From positions 18,541 to 42,540 of the forward strand of contig NZ_JASFYM010000004.1 in NCBI RefSeq assembly GCF_030055635.1: a DNA stretch of 24,000 bases, written 5' to 3'. Within the stretch, counting starts at the first letter, position 1; each line of letters opens with the position of its first letter. Below are positions 17,875 to 24,000 of this stretch, piece after piece. The notes under the pieces are model-generated. The model was not told where the DNA came from and did no database searches. It was given only the letters and a program-made list of their open reading frames with translations. The translations under genes were made by a program, and so were the position numbers. Source of the DNA: Methanothrix sp. (lineage in GTDB: Archaea; Halobacteriota; Methanosarcinia; Methanotrichales; Methanotrichaceae).

Positions 17875-18810
17875 ATGAGATACTCAGTGGAGTTGATATC
17901 GCCAGAGAGAAAGATCGAGCTCGCCGAGGAGTACGCGGATCAGGTCCTGTATGAGGTCAAATCCGAGATATACGGATGCTGCATAAAGCTCCTCACAGGC
18001 ATGCGTGACGTGAGGGGCAGGTGGGAGGATAGCTTCTACTTCATGTCCCAGAGCGTCCGCTCCCACGGGCGGATGTATGTTGTTAATGATCCAGGCGGGA
18101 AGAACCGAGTTCTCTATGATCCCCATTCGAAGACCGCGTTCCTTTTGAACTTCGATTACTATGGATGGATAAAGTCTCTGGCTTTATCACTTGCTGGAGA
18201 CATACTGGAGGATGAGCACGGTATCCACTCGGTGCATGGCGCATGCCTTGACCTCGATGGCAGGGGCATATGCATCATCGGAGGCCCTGGCACGGGAAAG
18301 ACGACCCACACCTACGGCCTTCTCAGGGATCCCAGGGTGAGGGTGGTATCGGATGACTGGTTCTTCGGGAGGATCTACGGCAAAGATGTCCTGGGCTACG
18401 GATCCGAGAAGAACTTCTACATAAGATCTGAGCTCTCGGGCATCTGGAGGGAGTTCTCCTGGCTTGTGGAGAGGGCGGAGCTCGATTCCATGGGTCGTGG
18501 AGTCGTAGACCTGAGATGGGCCATAGGGAAGGGCAGAATACTGCCTCTCACCACCATCCGACACGTGTTCATTCTCAAACGAGATCATTCAGACAAACAG
18601 ATCGTACGTCTCTCTTCTGAGGATGCCCTTCAGATAGTCGAAAAAAACGGTTACTTCAACCCCCATCTGCTCGTCGATGGGGATCTCAAGAGGAGGATAC
18701 GGAGCGGGTTCTTCAGGGCGATGCTCTCCAGCGCATCTGTATGGGAGGTCAACACCACAGGAACGCCTGAGGAGACCCAGTCTATGATAAGAGATGCGAT
18801 CGGCGTTTAG
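17875..18810 (+). CDS. HPr-kinase C-terminal-domain-like / PEPCK-like P-loop protein, function unknown
   Basis: P-loop IIGGPGTGKTT (nt 18280-18306 covers GGPGTGKTT), followed 17 residues later by VVSDDWFFG. This is the GxxGxGK[ST]...[LV][IV][AS]DD spacing of HprK/PEPCK-type kinases. GGAGG at 17862-17866 lies 8 nt before ATG 17875. The track's longer start at 17686 overlaps the radical SAM 3' end and adds Ala/Arg/Pro-rich sequence. Confidence 0.6.
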   Translation: MRYSVELISPERKIELAEEYADQVLYEVKSEIYGCCIKLLTGMRDVRGRWEDSFYFMSQSVRSHGRMYVVNDPGGKNRVLYDPHSKTAFLLNFDYYGWIKSLALSLAGDILEDEHGIHSVHGACLDLDGRGICIIGGPGTGKTTHTYGLLRDPRVRVVSDDWFFGRIYGKDVLGYGSEKNFYIRSELSGIWREFSWLVERAELDSMGRGVVDLRWAIGKGRILPLTTIRHVFILKRDHSDKQIVRLSSEDALQIVEKNGYFNPHLLVDGDLKRRIRSGFFRAMLSSASVWEVNTTGTPEETQSMIRDAIGV

Positions 18811-18827
18811 TCCAACGCCTGTGACCT

Positions 18828-19211
18828 TCACCTGATGTCCATCTTCACCTTTCCCATCGAGGAGAGGTAGGCCACCTCCTTTCCGGGCTCGAGCTTCGAC
18901 TTCATATCCTCTGTTATCGGCACATCTATGGTTGTGTAGTCCTTGAGATCCATGAGCTGAACACTGGTCTCACCCACTGAGAGCACCTGCCCTGTCTTCC
19001 GCTCGACTATCGGAGCGTAGACCTTTGTGGTGACCGGTGCAACGATGGACCGCTTCTGGTTGTCGAATATGCCTATCGCGTCTATCCTCGCCTTGGCAGC
19101 TCCATGCTTGCCAGGCTTCGAATGCGCTATGCTCTTTATTATGCAGGGCTCGTCATCGATTATTATGTACCTTCCTTCCTTGAGCGTCCTTATCTCTACT
19201 TGCTCCTTCAT
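18828..19211 (-). CDS. eif5a: Translation initiation factor 5A (aIF5A)
   Basis: The full 127-aa product has the hypusine/deoxyhypusine loop SKPGKHGAAKARI; the modified Lys is K35, nt 19107-19109. A C-terminal OB-fold region is present. Confidence 0.95.
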   Translation of the reverse strand: MKEQVEIRTLKEGRYIIIDDEPCIIKSIAHSKPGKHGAAKARIDAIGIFDNQKRSIVAPVTTKVYAPIVERKTGQVLSVGETSVQLMDLKDYTTIDVPITEDMKSKLEPGKEVAYLSSMGKVKMDIR

Positions 19212-19260
19212 TTGAGATCAACCCAGGTCTTTCGTCTTCCGGTGGAATGATCTGATCATA

Positions 19261-19268
19261 TATTTAAA
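19261..19268 (-). promoter_or_regulatory. Candidate TATA box for aIF5A
   Basis: The minus strand reads TTTAAATA, about 50 nt upstream of the start codon at 19211. This matches the archaeal TTTAWATA consensus. Confidence 0.4.
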
Positions 19269-19504
19269 GGTGAGGAACATGTTCAGCTCTGTATTATCAT
19301 AATTCCACATCAATCCTGCACAGGCCCGATGATCTCAACGGAGTCTAAATCGACAGATGGATCGTCAGCAGTAGGTACCATACGGAAGATTGATCAGGTT
19401 AAACTGCAACGTAACTGTAAATTGTGTCGGAGCAATGTGTACTGAAATGTGATACATTGTGCCCATCCCCGATACGGCTCGTCTCCCTCAGGTTGGCGAT
19501 CACC

Positions 19505-20485
19505 ATGAACTGCAGATCGACAGTCTTCCTGATGGCCATCATGCTCATCTCCGCCACAGCTGCAGAGTGGCCTGGCTGCAAGTTCCAGTGCACTGCCAAG
19601 GATGTGGTGGTTGAGAGAGCATATCTCGGAGACGCATCAGGCAACCCCCTCCAGCCCTGCTCTCAGGGCGCTGCCTCGAGTGCATACATCTGGATCACCA
19701 TAACAAACAGGGCCAGCGCTCCGAGGTACAACCTGGTTCTGCTCGCGGATCTCGTTATTAATGGCGATCTCGAAAGAATCGAGAGATGCGTGCTTGATGT
19801 TTTAGAGGGCAAATCGACCAGGTCTTTCCCCATATACAAGATTGAGTGGAACTGCGGTGAAGAACTGCGCATAAAAGATGTGATCCTGAGCTGGGAGACA
19901 TCCGGAGCGAAAGCTTGCGATATATCAAGGATGAAATGCGGCGAGAGGACGACGCAGTGCTATGCATACCCAGAGATGAGAGTCGACATCCCGCTCTCAG
20001 CAGGTTTTGGGTATAAGGCGAGCTGCCGTAGTGTAAATCTCATAGATCTGACGAGGGGCGGAGCAGCTCCCTACACCTACGACTGGGACCTGGGCGATGG
20101 GAGCAGGAGCTCTGCGGCAAATCCGGTGCATGCATATTCGCGTCCGGGGAGATACCTCGTAACTCAAAACGTAACCGATTCAAAGGGCAGATCAGCCAGG
20201 AGCTCATCTCTCATAATAATCGAGGGATGCTCCTGCGAGATCGATGGACCTGAGGTGGCATGTGAGGAATCGGTTCAGAGATACACAGCAAACGCCACCG
20301 GCAGAGAATACATATGGATGCTTGATGGCCGGGAGATCGGACGCGGAGAGAGCGTGGAGATCTCATGGTCGGAATCCGGCGCTGGAATCCACGAGCTCCG
20401 GCTGATCGCAGCTAACATTTCGTGCGTGAAAGAGATAAGAGTCATACCAAAGCCAGAGATCTTCATATCATTTGTGGAGGAATGA
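19505..20485 (+). CDS. Secreted PKD-domain surface protein
   Basis: Signal peptide MNCRSTVFLMAIMLISATAAE from ATG 19505; the track GTG 19424 adds a Cys-rich leader. A Cys-rich N-domain follows. A classical PKD motif, YTYDWDLGDGSRSSAANPVHAYSRPGRYLVTQNVTDSKGRS, lies at about 20050-20225. A further Ig-like module follows. The stop TGA 20483-20485 overlaps the next ATG. Confidence 0.8.
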   Translation: MNCRSTVFLMAIMLISATAAEWPGCKFQCTAKDVVVERAYLGDASGNPLQPCSQGAASSAYIWITITNRASAPRYNLVLLADLVINGDLERIERCVLDVLEGKSTRSFPIYKIEWNCGEELRIKDVILSWETSGAKACDISRMKCGERTTQCYAYPEMRVDIPLSAGFGYKASCRSVNLIDLTRGGAAPYTYDWDLGDGSRSSAANPVHAYSRPGRYLVTQNVTDSKGRSARSSSLIIIEGCSCEIDGPEVACEESVQRYTANATGREYIWMLDGREIGRGESVEISWSESGAGIHELRLIAANISCVKEIRVIPKPEIFISFVEE

Positions 20486-23400
20486 CGCTGCTCTCATCCA
20501 GGATCCGAGGATTCGCGGTGATGGTGCTTCTCGTAGCTGCGTGCTCCGCAGATGATGGTAGGAGCATCACTCTCACCGGACCTGAGGGGGATTACATCTA
20601 CCACTGGATCGCACAGGTGGATGATGAGGTGATCGCCCAGGGTGATGAGCGTATATTCACATTCCAGCTTCCCGAGACGCCAGGGAAGAGGGTGAAGGTC
20701 ACGCTTCTTGTTAAATCCATTGAGGGCGGATGCGTCAACAGCTCCTCGATAGAGATCGTGACGGGACAGCTCGGCAGGTCCGAGATACATCTCGATAAGG
20801 ACTGTGTGTACACAAAACCGGTCCATGTTGGCGATTCTGTTATCTACACCTACAACGTCTCTAATACAGGGGAAAGCGATCTTTTCGATCTCAATCTCAC
20901 AGACTCACACAGCTGGGGTCCTGGGTGTGAGCCCGTTTACATCAGCGGGGATGATGGAGACGGCGTTCTCAACCCCGGGGAGACGTGGCACTACGAGGCG
21001 AGGTTCACGCTCCCGGATCCCAGGAAGTATGGCATGACAGGCGATGCGGTTCTCAGCATAATGGCAGCCCCGGATACGGGCGAGATCGTAAGGTCGCTGC
21101 TGAAGAGAAAGCAGAGGCTGGAGGCGAAGCTTTCCATCGTCAGAGAGAGACAGAGGAGCTTTAACCTCTCCAGAGCTCAGACATTCTCCTACATTAGACA
21201 AAGACTCAGGTTCGAGAACCATACGAACAGCATCACCGGGGAGTATCTCCTGGAGTCGTTCGATGCGGGCGGCGCTCTGATCTCCAAAGAGTACAGCGAC
21301 CCGATATCGCGCGCGAGGCTCAGAACCGAGTACAGGCGCGACGGTCGTGTATCCTCCGAGGAGTGTCTCTTCGAGCTGACAAGAGAGTACATTAAAATTG
21401 AGTACGATGCGCCATCTCCCGGGTATAAAACGTATACAATAACAGATTACACCACAGGAGACACGCTCATAGCGATTCAGGATCCTTTCGGGAATATCGT
21501 GAGCAAGGAGTACCGCAGGACCCCAGGCTACAGGGTGTACGAGGAGCGGGTCATGCTCACGAACATCGCAACAGTCACGGCCAGGGATGCCAGCGGTCTT
21601 GTGGTATCTGCGATCGACACCTTCACGCTCGATGTTCTCAGGCCTCTGCCCGCGCTCAGGGTCTACAAGAGCTCCGATCCTGAGATCGCATTTCGCGGCT
21701 CGTTCCTGAACTACACGATCAGCTATGAGAACGCGGGATCTGAGGATGCGCATGGTGTTGTGATAAGGGAGCACTACGATGGAAACTTCAGCTTCATCTC
21801 CTCATATCCACCACCCGACTCCGGCACGAACGTGTGGAATATCGGGGATCTGAGAGCAGGAGAGTCAGGCACGATACGCATCCTGGGAAGGACATCAGAT
21901 GAAGCAGATCTCATAACGAACAGGGTCGAGATCCGTAGCGCTGATGGGTCCGGTGATGAGTATGTTCTTAATACCACGGTCGTCAGCACAGGCCTAAACA
22001 TAAGCAAGAGCGCGTCACCAGGTCTCGTGGTGCCTGGATCGAGACTGACGTACAGGATAAAGTACAGCAACGATGGGTCATACACACATAAAGACGTCCG
22101 CATAACTGACATTTTAGATCCCACGGTGGAGTACCTTAGCGCGTCTCCGGCACCGTCTCATACCTCTGGTAACACCTACACCTGGAGCATACCGGAGCTC
22201 GCGCCCGGCGCTGGCGGGGAGATCGAGATCAAGGTACTGGTCGGAAGCACTGACAGGGATTTCATCGTCAACACATACCGCATAGATTCTGACAGATTCA
22301 CGGGGGTTAACAGCACCCTCATCACAGGTGTAATCCAGAGCCTGTGGGTGAACAAGAGCTCTGACAAGGATGTGTACGCGCCAGGCGAGGATGTCGTGTT
22401 CACGGTGAGATTCGGCAACAAAGGAAACTACGAGGCGCATGATGTCAACCTCACGGATGTGCTCCCTGACCTGGAGCTTATAAGCGCCTCTGGCAACCCC
22501 TCCGCGAGGGGCAGGACGCTCGTGTGGAACATCGGAGATCTGAGAAGCGGCGAGAACGGGACGGTGGTGATAACGATGAGGGTGCCGGAGAGATCGAACC
22601 TCATTTACAATGAGAGCTCAAGCGTCTCTGGAGAGGGTTTCGTCAGGGTCAGAAAGAGATTCTCGACTGCCATCGAGTCTAAGTCGCACACAAACAGGGC
22701 GTACATCACCGGGTACTACAGCGATGATGGGAGAAAGGTTTACCACAACGCCTCGACCTCGAAGAGCATAACGGTCGCAGGAGATCCGGGATCTGAGATC
22801 AGGACAGGAGAGCACGGGAGCGGCTACTACGAGGAGGAGCTCCTGGCGAACCTCAACCTCTCGAGCAGGAACGTCTCAGTTGAGAAGGATCTCTTCGCGG
22901 AGCAGAGGCCCACAAGCTTCTCTCTGCCCCGGAGAAAGATCGAGTTCAGATCATCATGGTTCGAGAGCACCGAGTCCAGGAACCGGAATCGGGGAGAGAT
23001 GATCGAGGGGAGCTACATGTACGCCAGGTCCCTGGATCTGAGCAGCAGGTACCAGGCCGACCCGAACCAGACCACCTTCAGGGAGGTCTCGGAGGTGGAG
23101 CAGGGCGTCATGCGCATTAGATACGTCTCGAGGGATACATCATCGCTCATAGACGAGAGATACGCGGGGAGCTTCAGATCTGAATCATCGATCGACTCAT
23201 ATGGAAGCGGTCTTGCGTACAGGAGAGCATCATCCGGAGAGGGTTTTGTCGGTTCTGAGCTCCGTGCAGGATCGATGGAGTCCAGGGAGAGCGGCAGCGG
23301 TTACTATCGCTCAGACCTGATCCGCCAGACCGAGATCATGAAAAGAGATCTTGAGGCGTCGAGCTCAGATGTGAACACGACGCTGGACGGGAGGGAGATC

Positions 23401-24000
23401 AGGTTCAGCAGCCTCTGGCATGAATCATCAATGACAGAGGACCGATCAAGGGATCTAGCGATGATGGAGCGCATAACCCATGCGAGGTACATCAGGATGG
23501 AGTCTGAGCTCAGCAGATCAACCCTCTCGATGCTGGGGGAGTTCGAGGGGAGAGGAGAGATCAGAGCCACGATGGGCAGGCCTGAGACGCTCCGGGTTGA
23601 GCAGGATCTCGCCGGCATGTACACAGTAGATCTCGCGGTGAGCGTTTACGCCGTGCCGAAGCATCTCTATCCTCACATCAACATCACGAAGATGGCGGTG
23701 CCTGTCGATGAGAACAATGTGCTGTTCATCATAAATGTGACAAACGATGGGAACGAGCCGCTGAGGGATGTGATTGTCAGAGACGTGCTTCCCGAGGGTC
23801 TGGAGATGATCAACTCCACGCTGCGGCCTTCGATGGAGGGAAGATGCATCAACTGGAGCATACCGCTCCTGGAGATCAGCAGGAGGATGGAGATAAGGCT
23901 CTTCGCAAGCATGGATCCTGAGATTGATATCTTCGAGAATCACGTCAATGTGGCAGCAAGAGCTGAGAAGGGTGATGTATCAGCAGAGGCCTCCGTCAGG
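20482..24000 (+). CDS. Giant secreted/cell-surface repeat protein, 5' partial (at least 1173 codons, continues beyond the window)
   Basis: I read every codon by hand in the frame aligned to position 1. There is no in-frame stop from ATG 20482 to base 24000; the nearest upstream in-frame stop is TAA 20413-20415. The N-terminus MTLLSSRIRGFAVMVLLVAACSADD has a signal peptide with a lipobox-like VAAC. A CARDB/DUF11-like domain with GDDGDGVLNPGETWHY lies at about 20791-21018. A basic, possibly coiled segment lies at 21080-21230. It also carries a YD-like stretch, four DUF11-type repeats and two SGEGFV/GSGYY modules. It is not in the supplied ORF track. Confidence 0.85.
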   Translation, partial: MTLLSSRIRGFAVMVLLVAACSADDGRSITLTGPEGDYIYHWIAQVDDEVIAQGDERIFTFQLPETPGKRVKVTLLVKSIEGGCVNSSSIEIVTGQLGRSEIHLDKDCVYTKPVHVGDSVIYTYNVSNTGESDLFDLNLTDSHSWGPGCEPVYISGDDGDGVLNPGETWHYEARFTLPDPRKYGMTGDAVLSIMAAPDTGEIVRSLLKRKQRLEAKLSIVRERQRSFNLSRAQTFSYIRQRLRFENHTNSITGEYLLESFDAGGALISKEYSDPISRARLRTEYRRDGRVSSEECLFELTREYIKIEYDAPSPGYKTYTITDYTTGDTLIAIQDPFGNIVSKEYRRTPGYRVYEERVMLTNIATVTARDASGLVVSAIDTFTLDVLRPLPALRVYKSSDPEIAFRGSFLNYTISYENAGSEDAHGVVIREHYDGNFSFISSYPPPDSGTNVWNIGDLRAGESGTIRILGRTSDEADLITNRVEIRSADGSGDEYVLNTTVVSTGLNISKSASPGLVVPGSRLTYRIKYSNDGSYTHKDVRITDILDPTVEYLSASPAPSHTSGNTYTWSIPELAPGAGGEIEIKVLVGSTDRDFIVNTYRIDSDRFTGVNSTLITGVIQSLWVNKSSDKDVYAPGEDVVFTVRFGNKGNYEAHDVNLTDVLPDLELISASGNPSARGRTLVWNIGDLRSGENGTVVITMRVPERSNLIYNESSSVSGEGFVRVRKRFSTAIESKSHTNRAYITGYYSDDGRKVYHNASTSKSITVAGDPGSEIRTGEHGSGYYEEELLANLNLSSRNVSVEKDLFAEQRPTSFSLPRRKIEFRSSWFESTESRNRNRGEMIEGSYMYARSLDLSSRYQADPNQTTFREVSEVEQGVMRIRYVSRDTSSLIDERYAGSFRSESSIDSYGSGLAYRRASSGEGFVGSELRAGSMESRESGSGYYRSDLIRQTEIMKRDLEASSSDVNTTLDGREIRFSSLWHESSMTEDRSRDLAMMERITHARYIRMESELSRSTLSMLGEFEGRGEIRATMGRPETLRVEQDLAGMYTVDLAVSVYAVPKHLYPHINITKMAVPVDENNVLFIINVTNDGNEPLRDVIVRDVLPEGLEMINSTLRPSMEGRCINWSIPLLEISRRMEIRLFASMDPEIDIFENHVNVAARAEKGDVSAEASVR
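21655..22590 (+). repeat. Three tandem DUF11 / TIGR01451-type 'conserved repeat domain' units inside the giant ORF
   Basis: Units lie at 21655-21987, 21994-22335 and 22342-22590. Each starts hydrophobic-x-K-S, then G(S/E)xLxYxIxYxNxG, then a hydrophobic DxL(D/P) strand, then W(N/S)I(G/P)(D/E)L..GE.GTI.I. Examples are NVWNIGDLRAGESGTIRI, YTWSIPELAPGAGGEIEI and LVWNIGDLRSGENGTVVI. Confidence 0.75.
22615..23640 (+). repeat. Two copies of an uncharacterised SGEGFV ... GSGYY ... (K/E)I(E/R)F(R/S)S.W.ES module inside the giant ORF
   Basis: Copy A, from 22615: SGEGFVRV..(52 aa)..EHGSGYYEEELL...RRKIEFRSSWFESTESRNRNRGEMIEGSYMYARSLDLSSR. Copy B, from 23221: SGEGFVGS..(17 aa)..ESGSGYYRSDLI...GREIRFSSLWHESSMTEDRSRDLAMMERITHARYIRMESELSR. 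Confidence 0.6.
23683..24000 (+). repeat. Fourth DUF11-type repeat of the giant ORF
   Basis: ITKMAVPVDENNVLFIINVTNDGNEPLRDVIVRDVLPEGLEMINSTLRPS...CINWSIPLLEISRRMEIRLFA. The order of elements matches the repeats at 21655-22590. Confidence 0.65.

Noticed and set aside
20494-23943. Minus-strand track ORFs 20494..20826, 20905..21774, 21774..22124, 22114..22440, 22618..22815, 23304..23624 and 23518..23943.
   Set aside because: All lie antisense to the uninterrupted 1173-codon plus-strand ORF, which has clear repeat-domain structure. Their translations are Arg/Ser/Leu-rich with no motifs.
1-24000. Search for CRISPR arrays, tRNA/rRNA genes, transposases or integrases, toxin-antitoxin pairs and known defence-system genes.
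   Set aside because: I found no regularly spaced direct repeats, no tRNA-like cloverleaf or T-loop context in any spacer, and no ORF with recombinase, nuclease or defence-type motifs. The GGTTCAAG-like strings near 12281 and 12512 lack flanking stems.

Overview
The window looks archaeal and methanogen-like. Evidence is aIF5A, a TrmB regulator, a Tes/GDGT-MAS-like radical SAM enzyme, TATA-type promoters and near-leaderless starts. Taxonomy cannot be verified from here.

There are three blocks.

(1) 1-12.3 kb is a cell-envelope glycan cluster. It holds an APS-kinase-like gene, then an AT-rich island of about 6.2 kb carrying GT4, a Wzx/MOP flippase, an AsnB-type amidotransferase and a second GT4. 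The island sits against two GC-rich glycosyltransferases and a divergent glmU-like/glmS pair.

(2) 12.3-19.3 kb holds mixed genes: an orphan TroA-like binding protein, SerB, TrmB, a radical SAM enzyme, an HprK-like P-loop protein and aIF5A.

(3) 19.5-24.0 kb is a surface-protein operon. A secreted PKD protein is coupled by an ATGA overlap to a giant ORF of at least 1173 codons. That ORF runs off the window and is absent from the supplied ORF track. It carries DUF11-type repeats, a YD-like stretch and a duplicated SGEGFV/GSGYY module.

I found no rRNA, tRNA, CRISPR, transposase, integrase or recognisable defence system. Most other track ORFs in GC-rich parts are antisense shadows of real genes.
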